From NCBI GenBank assembly GCA_900551135.1, contig URUX01000001.1, positions 1-47,298 on the forward strand: 47,298 bases of DNA. Reading direction: 5' to 3'. This document shows positions 18,760 to 26,281 of the stretch, piece after piece. Source of the stretch: an uncultured Clostridium sp. GTDB lineage: Bacteria > Bacillota > Clostridia > Lachnospirales > Lachnospiraceae. How positions within the stretch are numbered: the stretch's first letter is position 1; every line of letters begins with the position of its first letter. Under the pieces are notes generated by a model that worked only from the letters and a program-made list of their open reading frames with translations, did not search any database and was not told where the DNA came from. The position numbers and the translations under genes are program-made.

Positions 18760-18931
18760 CCATAGTAAAAGGGAGTAGCTCACATCAGGAGCCGGGGACA
18801 TAAGGCTTTTGATGTCATGCGCTGTCGTCATCACGATTCCTGGCAGAGTCTGTAGGGGAATCCGGTACGCATATTAAGAAGCGAGACTTTTATTGTATCT
18901 TTTGTGGTACAATAAGAGATCGCTTTTTTTG
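18760..18931 (+). promoter_or_regulatory. Structured 5' leader with terminator; candidate riboswitch or attenuator controlling the Ca2+/Na+ antiporter (class uncertain)
   Basis: A leader of about 120 nt carries several hairpins:
- CATCAGGAGCC[GGGGACATAA]GGCTTTTGATG;
- GATTCC...GGAATC nested inside ATGCG...CGCAT.
An intrinsic terminator follows. The strings AAAGGGAGUAGC and GGGGACAUA resemble yybP-ykoY (Mn2+) motifs. GCCGGGGAC and AGGGGAAUCC resemble ydaO (c-di-AMP) motifs. Confidence 0.5.
18881..18931 (+). terminator. Leader (attenuator) terminator upstream of the antiporter gene
   Basis: The stem GCGAGACTTTTATTGTA / TACAATAAGAGATCGC is followed by T7 and sits 38 nt before the start codon. 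Confidence 0.7.
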
Positions 18932-18969
18932 TTGCGGCAAGTTCACTTAGGAAGAGAGAGGTAGGAAAA

Positions 18970-19899
18970 ATGATTTTAGTATGGATCATGTTGGTAGTCG
19001 GTTTTGTCCTGCTGATAAAAGGCGCCGATTATTTTGTAGAGGGAAGCTCTGCAGTGGCAAAAATTTTAAGGATTCCAAGTGTGGTAATTGGCCTTACCAT
19101 TGTGGCAATGGGAACCAGTGCGCCGGAGTTGGCAGTCAGTGTAACGGCAGCGCTTACAGGAAACAATGAAATTGCAGTAGGAAACGTAATCGGTTCCAAC
19201 ATTTTTAATCTGATGGTAGTAACTGGTACCTGCGGTGTAATTCTTCCTATGGCAGTGGACAAGGGAATTTTAAATGGAGACTTTATTTTCTCAATTCTTA
19301 TTTCCGGAGTGCTGCTGGCATTCTTTGCCTTTGATATGCAGATCGGCCGTTTAGATGGAATGCTTCTTCTGGTTCTGTTTGCTTATTTTATTATAAAACT
19401 GGTAAGGAAAGCACTGAAAGAACGAATCGAGGCCCAGGAAGAGACGGAACCCCTTTCTCCACTCAAAATCTTTGTTTATATTGTAGGGGGAATCGCAGCA
19501 ATTGTAATGGGCGGCGATGTTGTCGTTGACAGTGCAAGCAAGATAGCAGGTTCCTTTGGATTAAGCCAGAACCTGATTGGCCTTACCATTGTGGCAATGG
19601 GAACCTCTCTTCCGGAACTGGTGACCTCGATTGTAGCGTCCAGAAAAGGGGAAAACGGACTGGCTTTAGGAAATGTAATTGGTTCCAATATCTTTAATAT
19701 TTTAATGATTTTGGGAATTTCTTCTGCAATTCACCCGATTGCAGTTACCATCCAGTCTTCATATGACTTAATTGTTTTAATCGTTTTCAGTACTGCAGTA
19801 TGGCTGATGGCCAGAAGCAGGAAAGAAGTTAACCGGGGCGAAGGCATCGCAATGCTGGCCCTGTATTTCGGATATATGGTATACATCATTATGCGATAG
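18970..19899 (+). CDS. Calcium/sodium antiporter (CaCA family, YrbG-like)
   Basis: 309 aa. The two alpha-repeats GLTIVAMGTSAPELAVS and GLTIVAMGTSLPELVTS are each followed by GNVIGSNIFN. Confidence 0.85.
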   Translation: MILVWIMLVVGFVLLIKGADYFVEGSSAVAKILRIPSVVIGLTIVAMGTSAPELAVSVTAALTGNNEIAVGNVIGSNIFNLMVVTGTCGVILPMAVDKGILNGDFIFSILISGVLLAFFAFDMQIGRLDGMLLLVLFAYFIIKLVRKALKERIEAQEETEPLSPLKIFVYIVGGIAAIVMGGDVVVDSASKIAGSFGLSQNLIGLTIVAMGTSLPELVTSIVASRKGENGLALGNVIGSNIFNILMILGISSAIHPIAVTIQSSYDLIVLIVFSTAVWLMARSRKEVNRGEGIAMLALYFGYMVYIIMR

Positions 19900-19910
19900 T
19901 ACCGGATAAT

Positions 19911-19966
19911 CAGACAGGAACGCCGCTTAATCATCATCTTTGATGGTTTAGCGGCGTTCCTGTCTG
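19911..19966. terminator. 17-bp perfect inverted repeat after the antiporter gene (possible terminator, weak T tract)
   Basis: CAGACAGGAACGCCGCT-22 nt-AGCGGCGTTCCTGTCTG. A second small hairpin (CTTGTGCGCC GTTT GGCGCAAG) plus TTT follows. Confidence 0.4.
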
Positions 19967-20221
19967 ACTTGTGCGCCGTTTGGCGCAAGTTTGGATACGT
20001 TTAGCAGTTTTTAAACAGTGGTAATCAAACCAGGAGTCCGGTATGGTTATCATTTTTTTGTCACAGCTTAAATTATTTAAGACTGCCAGTTCCTCCTGCC
20101 CAAGAGTCCTCTTGTATAGGATGACCTCATCATCGGCTGTTTCGATAAAAGAAATTGACCCATATGTATAAGAAATACAATAATTAGTATAGTTGTCTAA
20201 ACATTTTGTGTCAAGATTCAT
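19934..20221 (-). pseudogene. Remnant of a GH13 alpha-glucosidase / oligo-1,6-glucosidase-type gene (C-terminal beta-domain fragment only)
   Basis: YGSISFIETADDEVILYKRTLGQEELAVLNNLSCDKKMITIP matches the conserved C-terminal pattern of GH13 enzymes (YG.y..l..dd..v.aY.R.....e.llvv.N.s......lP). No catalytic domain lies upstream and there is no SD. The tail runs into the hairpin at 19911-19966. Confidence 0.4.
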
Positions 20222-20249
20222 TCGTGTATCGGATAAATAAGAGTCTGTA

Positions 20250-20296
20250 CAAAAAAATAATAGTCAGACTGAACCAACATCCATATCTGACTATTT
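20250..20296 (-). terminator. Orphan terminator-like hairpin (minus-strand sense) in the AT-rich gap
   Basis: A 10-bp stem AATAGTCAGA / TCTGACTATT is followed on the minus strand by TATTTTTTT. No intact gene lies upstream of it on that strand. Confidence 0.4.
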
Positions 20297-20318
20297 TATA
20301 ACTAGAAAAAAGGGAGGA

Positions 20319-20342
20319 GAGCTGATAATTTCTTATCAGCTC
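20319..20342 (-). terminator. Second orphan hairpin (GAGCTGATAA-TTTC-TTATCAGCTC)
   Basis: A perfect 10-bp stem with a tetraloop. On the minus strand it is followed by TCCTCCCTTTTTTCT. Confidence 0.35.
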
Positions 20343-20539
20343 GAGTATTATGAAAAAAATCTTGTAAGCTATTTTATTTAAGAATAACAGCTTGTGCTGT
20401 TTTCTATGGTTATAGTATATTCAGAAATCGTGAAGAAATCATGTTAATTGTGTAAAAGGTTTTTGAATGAATTTTGAACAGTTTGTGAACAAAAAACAGG
20501 AAAAGACAAAGATGGATATGCTTCCGGATGGCTTTTTAC

Positions 20540-20568
20540 TTGCAATGCCTGGCCGGATTTGATAAAAT
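20540..20568 (+). promoter_or_regulatory. Candidate sigma-A promoter for ppiB
   Basis: TTGCAA-17 nt-TAAAAT, with a TG at the extended -10 position. Confidence 0.5.
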
Positions 20569-20646
20569 CAACATATCAGGATGCCGGGGCAAAAATCCGG
20601 CATCGCAGACAGCGGCGTTACAGCCTCGAATGAAAGGAGAAACAAC

Positions 20647-21165
20647 ATGAAAAATCCAGTAATTACGATTACAATGGAAAACGGCGACGTAATGAAGGCA
20701 GAATTATATCCGGAAGTCGCTCCAAATACGGTTAATAACTTTTTAAGTCTGGCAGGAAAGGGATTTTATGACGGCCTGATTTTTCACCGTGTCATTAAAG
20801 GCTTTATGATTCAGGGCGGATGTCCGGATGGAACCGGTATGGGAGGCCCAGGATACTGCATCAAGGGTGAGTTCAGCCAGAACGGCTTTAAGAACGACCT
20901 GGCGCATACGCCGGGCGTGCTGTCCATGGCCCGTTCCATGATGCCCAACTCCGCAGGTTCCCAGTTCTTTATTATGCATGAGACATCTCCGCATTTAGAC
21001 GGCGCTTATGCTGCATTCGGCCAGATAATCGAGGGCATGGATGTAGTAAATAAGATTGCCGATGTCCGCACAGATTACAGTGACAGACCAATGAAAGAGC
21101 AGAGGATTAAGAGTATTACTGTTGAAACATTTGGAGAGACGTATCCAGAACCGGAGCGCTGCTAA
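20647..21165 (+). CDS. ppiB: Peptidyl-prolyl cis-trans isomerase, cyclophilin type
   Basis: The FHRVIKGFMIQGG and GSQFFI motifs are present. The start is taken at ATG 20647 after the SD AAAGGAG; the track ORF starts at 20581. Confidence 0.9.
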   Translation: MKNPVITITMENGDVMKAELYPEVAPNTVNNFLSLAGKGFYDGLIFHRVIKGFMIQGGCPDGTGMGGPGYCIKGEFSQNGFKNDLAHTPGVLSMARSMMPNSAGSQFFIMHETSPHLDGAYAAFGQIIEGMDVVNKIADVRTDYSDRPMKEQRIKSITVETFGETYPEPERC

Positions 21166-21168
21166 ATT

Positions 21169-21909
21169 ATGACAAAGACCTGTGACGTAGTGATAAATGG
21201 ACAGCTTCATAAGGTCTGCATATCGGATGAACCGGAGGCTCTTCTGGCTGCTGAGGCGGCTGGAAGAGCCGTTCTTGGCGTAGGGGAAGACTGTGCAGTT
21301 TCCTGCCCATGGCTTTCGACTTTTATCAGAAGCTGGGATGAGGTAGGGGAGAAGGCGCTGCAGACTATAGCGGAACGTCTGGTACGGCGTGAAAACCAGA
21401 TTCCATGGGTAATATGTGAGACAGACAGGCTGGTTATCCGGGAGGCAGGGGAAAATGATCTGGAACAGCTGGCTTTTCTGCAGATAAAAGCGTTTGAGAG
21501 CAGGGAATCTTTAAACTCCTATATTTCCTGTCAATATGGATTTTATGAATACGGGCTGTGGGTTCTGGAAGAAAAAAACAGCGGCTGCATTGCAGGGGCA
21601 GCCGGTGTGTGGAATCCGGAAGATACCGTCTGCGATATGTTAAAAGCAGCAGGAGAGATACCGGAAGACTATCTGGAAATGGGTTATCAGATCGCTGAGC
21701 CGTATCAGAGAAAAGGCCTGGCAAGAGAAGCCTGCCAGGCGATTATGGCATATACGGACTGGGAACTGGAATGTAAGGTCTGTATTCAGGTAGACAGAAC
21801 AAATCTGCCGTCACAAAAACTGGCAGAGTCACTGGGTTTCCGGCGGATTATTCCTCGTACAGATAGCGGAGAAATTCAATGGCCGTATCTGTACGGCTGG
21901 AGTTGCTGA
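21169..21909 (+). CDS. GNAT-family N-acetyltransferase with an N-terminal extension of about 85 aa
   Basis: The C-terminal two thirds show the RimJ/RimL-like pattern (RLVIREAGENDLEQL ... YQRKGLAREACQAIMAY ... NLPSQKLAESLGFRR). Confidence 0.65.
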   Translation: MTKTCDVVINGQLHKVCISDEPEALLAAEAAGRAVLGVGEDCAVSCPWLSTFIRSWDEVGEKALQTIAERLVRRENQIPWVICETDRLVIREAGENDLEQLAFLQIKAFESRESLNSYISCQYGFYEYGLWVLEEKNSGCIAGAAGVWNPEDTVCDMLKAAGEIPEDYLEMGYQIAEPYQRKGLAREACQAIMAYTDWELECKVCIQVDRTNLPSQKLAESLGFRRIIPRTDSGEIQWPYLYGWSC

Positions 21910-22531
21910 GCAGGGTAAAATACGCCTCTTTCATTTGTGTACCTGCCTTTTCGCGGAAATGTGAGTGATCCAGATTAATAGCAGCAGGGAAGAAATTGCC
22001 GTTTTCATCCGCTGCCATGTAAATATCATCCTGAACCGTGTCCCAGATATCAGCAGGAAGAGTTTCCTCCAGATTTAAAAAGCCTCCGTTTGCAGCATAG
22101 TGGTCAACTGCAGCCGTATCTGCAATTATAATATCCAGATCCTGGCTGGCGACGATGGCCGTTACCTTGGCCAGGGATGCGTAATCCAGTTCAGAAGAGG
22201 TTTCTTCAAAGCTGATGTAGAGACTGGTATCCATTTCTACTTTATCTTTTTTTCCATAGCCCATGCGGATTTTAAAATCGTCTGCCAGCTTCTCATAGTT
22301 GGCAGCAGACATAGAACGGTCATTCATAACAATGGTGAAAAGCTGGGTTGTGAAACTTTTCTGGTAAAAAATAGTGCCGATAACGTAGATAAAAAATAAT
22401 ATAACACAGCCAATCAGCATATGGATTTTATAATATTCCCATATATACCAGAGTTTGTCCTTAAAGGACATTTTTTTGAGTTTTTCCCCTTCTTCTCTGG
22501 CTTCCGTTTTTATTGATTCTTTCAAAGACAT
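21848..22531 (-). CDS. Membrane-anchored protein of unknown function
   Basis: It has one N-terminal TM helix (HMLIGCVILFFIYVIGTIFY) followed by a domain of about 170 aa predicted to lie outside the cell. The start is taken at ATG 22531 after AGAGGA. The 3' end overlaps the convergent GNAT gene by 62 nt. Confidence 0.5.
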   Translation of the reverse strand: MSLKESIKTEAREEGEKLKKMSFKDKLWYIWEYYKIHMLIGCVILFFIYVIGTIFYQKSFTTQLFTIVMNDRSMSAANYEKLADDFKIRMGYGKKDKVEMDTSLYISFEETSSELDYASLAKVTAIVASQDLDIIIADTAAVDHYAANGGFLNLEETLPADIWDTVQDDIYMAADENGNFFPAAINLDHSHFREKAGTQMKEAYFTLLSNSSRTDTAIEFLRYLYEE

Positions 22532-22583
22532 AAAGCGTTCCTCTTTTCTGAGAGTATTTTTTCCAAAGCTGGACAATCGATGT

Positions 22584-22638
22584 TGGCAACAGTTTTGCTT
22601 TTTTCTGTCTGAATCTTTGCATGGCTGAACGGTTGCCT
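22584..22638 (-). repeat. Palindromic intergenic repeat family, copy C (mini form, reverse orientation)
   Basis: GGCAACAGTTTTGCTTTTTTCTGTCTGAATCTTTGCATGGCTGAACGGTTGCC. The core is the reverse complement of GTTCAGCCATGC(A/G)AAGATTCAGACAGAAAAA from copies A and B. Confidence 0.6.
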
Positions 22639-22778
22639 ATCTTGCAGTATACCATAAAAAGATAAAAAAAATATGAAAAAATTATGAAATCACAGGGAAA
22701 GTTGATTTTTTATGCCGGATTCGATATAATGAACACCAGGTATTGAAATTACTAAATGAGAAATGAGGAAGGTGCGGT

Positions 22779-23486
22779 ATGCTTCAGGGACTGTTTAACT
22801 ACGACAATCCGGTTTGGCGGTTTATCGGCAAGCTGGGAGACTTGATTATTTTGAATATTTTATGGATGATTACATCCATTCCGATTGTTACAATAGGCGC
22901 TTCTACTACAGCCCTCTATTATGTGACATTAAAACTGGTCCGGGATGAAGACGGCTATACCATTAAGTCGTTTTTTAAATCATTTAAGGAGAACTTTAAG
23001 CAGTCTACCATTATCTGGCTGATTATGCTGGCAATAGGCCTGGTGCTGGGGTTTGATTTATATTTCTTTATTTACATGCAGACCGAACCATCCAAGCTTC
23101 GCACGGTTATGGTAACGGTATTCGGGTCACTAAGTCTGGTGTATTTCTGTGTCCTGACCTATGTGTTCCCTCTCCAGAGCCGTTTTTACAATCCGGTGAA
23201 ACGAACACTGTTTAATGCGTTTTTTATGTCTGTTCGTCATCTTTTCCAGACTCTGGGAATCGTGATAATGGATGGTGCTGTAGTGGCTCTTATGGTTGTC
23301 AGCTTTTTTGCAGCGCCTCAGTTTTCCGTACTGTTTTTCCTGTTCGGGTTCCCGCTGATCGCTTTCGTGAATTCCTATGTGTTCCATGCGGTCTTTAAAA
23401 ATTATATCCCAAAGAGCGACAGGGAGGATGAAAAGGAACTTCGACCGCTGTTTGCAGATGAAACGGATGATCAGAAAACCGTGTAA
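22779..23486 (+). CDS. YesL-family (DUF624) membrane protein
   Basis: The N-terminus FIGKLGDLIILNILWMITSIPIVTIGASTTALYYV is the DUF624 signature. Six TM segments are predicted. Confidence 0.8.
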   Translation: MLQGLFNYDNPVWRFIGKLGDLIILNILWMITSIPIVTIGASTTALYYVTLKLVRDEDGYTIKSFFKSFKENFKQSTIIWLIMLAIGLVLGFDLYFFIYMQTEPSKLRTVMVTVFGSLSLVYFCVLTYVFPLQSRFYNPVKRTLFNAFFMSVRHLFQTLGIVIMDGAVVALMVVSFFAAPQFSVLFFLFGFPLIAFVNSYVFHAVFKNYIPKSDREDEKELRPLFADETDDQKTV

Positions 23487-23585
23487 ACCCTGTTGGAACC
23501 AGTTAATAAGTTTTGTCAAATACGGTACGATTTTTATGGTATTTAAGATATTTGGTCATATCGAATTGAATTATACTATGGATTG

Positions 23586-23611
23586 CGGACTCTTCGGGGT
23601 CCGTTTTTTTG
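23586..23611 (+). terminator. Intrinsic terminator with UUCG tetraloop
   Basis: CGGACTC-TTCG-GGGTCCG is followed by T7, about 100 nt after the YesL stop. Confidence 0.75.
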
Positions 23612-23757
23612 TTTTATGTCCGGAAGCAGTCTGATTCCACATTTTTCTGGAGTGCTGAGAGACTTTGGGGGTTTTGTGCAAAACATCTCGTTCCAGACGG
23701 TTTTGTCTTTTAAACTGCCGCATTTTAAACAAATAAAAAGTTTTGACGAAAAAAGGC

Positions 23758-23786
23758 TTGAAAAAAGAAGTGTAAGTGTTTACAAT
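23758..23786 (+). promoter_or_regulatory. Candidate sigma-A promoter for ispE and the GntR gene
   Basis: TTGAAA-17 nt-TACAAT. Confidence 0.5.
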
Positions 23787-23849
23787 GTATTTATATTAAT
23801 ACTGTATACAAAATAATGTATTTCAAAAACATAAACAGAGGGAATTTGT

Positions 23850-24746
23850 ATGGCGACTCATTTTAAGCTTCGGGCTTATGGAAAAATTAATTTGGGACTG
23901 GATGTTTTAAGAAAACGGGAAGACGGATACCATGAAGTACGGATGATCATGCAGACAGTAGGACTGTATGATCAGATTGATTTGTTTTTCCGCCAGGAGC
24001 CGGGAATTGAGATAGAAACCAACCTGTCCTATCTTCCGGTAAATGAAAACAATCTGGTATACAAAGCGGCAAATCTTTTGATGGAAGAATTTCAGGTTAA
24101 AAACGGCCTATTTATCCGCCTTCGCAAGCTGATTCCCGTTGCAGCAGGCATGGCTGGAGGAAGCAGTGATGCGGCTGCGGTTTTAGTAGGCGTGAATAAA
24201 ATGTTTCATCTCGGATTGTCAACCGAAGAACTGATGGAACGGGGAGTAAAGATTGGCGCAGACGTACCATACTGTATTATGAGAGGAACTGCATTGTCAG
24301 AGGGAATTGGAGAGAAACTGACAGCCCTGCCTCCAATGCCCCAGTGTCAGGTTCTTCTTGCAAAACCGGCTGTCAGCGTATCTACAAAGTATGTCTATGA
24401 AAATCTTCATGCCAACAGCCTGAGACCGGAGCAGCATCCGGATATTGACGGTATGATAGAGGCTATTGCAGCGGGAGATTTGTCGGGAGTTTCTGCAAAG
24501 TTAGGAAATGTTCTGGAATTAGTTACAGCAAAAAAATATCCGGTTATTGAAGAGATTAAAGGGGTTATGCGTCGGTACGGAGCAGCAGGAGCCATGATGA
24601 GCGGAAGCGGCCCTACAGTGTTTAGTCTGTTTGATAATCCGAAAGCAGCGTCGGATGCTTATGAGGAACTGCGTTATGGAAAGAGCAGAGAACTGGCAAA
24701 GCAGGTGTATTTAACTAATATTTTCAACAATAAGAATATTCGATAA
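23850..24746 (+). CDS. ispE: 4-(cytidine 5'-diphospho)-2-C-methyl-D-erythritol kinase
   Basis: GHMP-kinase motifs are present (KINLGLDVL, PVAAGMAGGSSDAAAVL, MSGSGPTVF). Confidence 0.9.
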   Translation: MATHFKLRAYGKINLGLDVLRKREDGYHEVRMIMQTVGLYDQIDLFFRQEPGIEIETNLSYLPVNENNLVYKAANLLMEEFQVKNGLFIRLRKLIPVAAGMAGGSSDAAAVLVGVNKMFHLGLSTEELMERGVKIGADVPYCIMRGTALSEGIGEKLTALPPMPQCQVLLAKPAVSVSTKYVYENLHANSLRPEQHPDIDGMIEAIAAGDLSGVSAKLGNVLELVTAKKYPVIEEIKGVMRRYGAAGAMMSGSGPTVFSLFDNPKAASDAYEELRYGKSRELAKQVYLTNIFNNKNIR

Positions 24747-24795
24747 ACGGTTATAATATCAGGAATCTGGAAATACAATCAAGGAGGAGAAAATC

Positions 24796-25473
24796 ATGGG
24801 AAGCGATTTTCGGGTAACAATGAATGAATATCTGCCATTGAGAGACGTAGTGTTTAATACTCTGCGCCAGGCGATTTTAAAGGGGGAACTGGAGCCGGGA
24901 GAAAGACTGATGGAAATCCAGCTGGCAGAGCGTCTGGGAGTCAGCAGAACGCCTATCAGAGAGGCAATCCGCAAACTGGAGTTAGAAGGTCTGGTTTTAA
25001 TGATTCCGAGAAAGGGAGCAGAGGTTGCGAAAATTTCTGAAAAAAGCCTGAAGGATGTCCTGGAAGTGCGCCGTTCTTTGGAAGAACTGGCCATTGAACT
25101 GACTTGCCAGAGAATTTCCGAAGAAGGGATTGAAGAGATTGAGGAAGCCCAGAAAGAGTTTGCAGACGCAATCTATAAAGGGGATGTTATGGCCATTGCA
25201 GAGGCAGACGAACAGTTCCATGAATTGATTTACAAGGCAACGGGAAATAAACGTCTGGTTCAGATTCTCAACAACCTCAGGGAGCAGATGTACCGCTACC
25301 GCCTGGAATATATCAAAGATGCAGGAAAGCGTCAGGTGCTGATTGTGGAACATGAGCACATTCTCCGCTGCATTAAAAAGCACAGCATTGCAGAAGCTAA
25401 GGCAGCAGTCAGAGAACATATTGATAATCAGGAGATTACCGTATCGAAAAATATTAAAGAACAGGCTTCATAA
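24796..25473 (+). CDS. GntR-family transcriptional regulator (FadR/FCD subfamily)
   Basis: The wHTH GERLMEIQLAERLGVSRTPIREAIRKLELEGLV is followed by a helical FCD-like C-terminal domain. Confidence 0.85.
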   Translation: MGSDFRVTMNEYLPLRDVVFNTLRQAILKGELEPGERLMEIQLAERLGVSRTPIREAIRKLELEGLVLMIPRKGAEVAKISEKSLKDVLEVRRSLEELAIELTCQRISEEGIEEIEEAQKEFADAIYKGDVMAIAEADEQFHELIYKATGNKRLVQILNNLREQMYRYRLEYIKDAGKRQVLIVEHEHILRCIKKHSIAEAKAAVREHIDNQEITVSKNIKEQAS

Positions 25474-25510
25474 AGAAGTTGTTAATAAATGTAAAAAAAA
25501 TATAAAGTGA

Positions 25511-25539
25511 TTGACGCAGTGACAGCCGGTTATTATAAT
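25511..25539 (+). promoter_or_regulatory. Consensus-like sigma-A promoter of the TetR-RND operon
   Basis: TTGACG-17 nt-TATAAT. Confidence 0.6.
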
Positions 25540-25540
25540 G

Positions 25541-25555
25541 GTGACAGGTTGTCAC
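25541..25555. promoter_or_regulatory. Palindrome GTGACAGGTTGTCAC, candidate TetR operator
   Basis: It lies immediately downstream of the -10 box. A third GTGACA half-site sits inside the spacer at 25519-25524. Confidence 0.4.
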
Positions 25556-25639
25556 TTTTCTTTTATTGTTTGAAAACGGCCAGTATATTGGAAACTCATT
25601 GCCTGATTAAACAGGCGTTAGAGAAAGAGGGTGAGAAAT

Positions 25640-26263
25640 ATGCCTACAGATAGATTTGCGCGTCTGCCGGCAGAGAAGAAAGAAATTATTCGGATGGCCG
25701 CCATATCTGAATTCACAAAAGTCCCATTTGAAAAAGTATCCATTAACAAGATTATCCAGAACGCAGATATTTCCAGAGGAAGTTTTTATACCTATTTTGA
25801 GGATAAAAGAGATCTGCTTCAATATGTTTTTTCTGATATCCTGTTGCAGGCTTATGAATTTTTCAGGAAAAGACTGATTCAGAACCAGGGAAATTATTGG
25901 AAAACTCTGGATGAAATGTTTTTGGACTGGTTTCAGTTTGAATGGAGCGAAAATCTGACAGAGATAGCCAGAATTGCCATGCTCCAGACAGAGGGAGGAC
26001 GGTTTTCCGGCTGCAAAGGCCTGAAATCCATGGAGAAAGCGGTTGATATAGAGAAGTGGATTTATGACAATGGAGACTGGTCAGATTTGCGGAGTCAGGA
26101 TAAGGAATTTATCCGTCTGACAGCAGATTTGGGAATGCAGACCCTGGTGATGTCTCTGGGTCAGAGATTTGATTTTCCTGAACGAACCGAAGAAATTTAT
26201 CACATGTTTACACAAAAATTAGAAATTATCCAAAAGGGAGCCTGTGTTCCCAAAGGGGAGTAA
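25640..26263 (+). CDS. TetR/AcrR-family transcriptional regulator
   Basis: The HTH is VSINKIIQNADISRGSFYTYFEDKRDLL. The start is taken at ATG 25640 after AGAAAGAGGG; the track start at 25631 is a GTG. Confidence 0.85.
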   Translation: MPTDRFARLPAEKKEIIRMAAISEFTKVPFEKVSINKIIQNADISRGSFYTYFEDKRDLLQYVFSDILLQAYEFFRKRLIQNQGNYWKTLDEMFLDWFQFEWSENLTEIARIAMLQTEGGRFSGCKGLKSMEKAVDIEKWIYDNGDWSDLRSQDKEFIRLTADLGMQTLVMSLGQRFDFPERTEEIYHMFTQKLEIIQKGACVPKGE

Positions 26264-26281
26264 ATCAGTAAGGAGAAACGC

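Noticed and set aside
20349-20366. Tiny ORF MKKIL* downstream of a GGGAGGAG string in the AT-rich gap.
   Set aside because: The SD-like string is 30 nt away and forms part of the flank of the orphan hairpin. There is no support for translation.
23487-23611. Possible small RNA between the YesL stop and the UUCG-loop terminator.
   Set aside because: I could find no convincing promoter; the TTGTCA and TTGGTC candidates have poor -10 boxes or bad spacing. The simplest reading is a 3' UTR of the YesL gene ending at that terminator.
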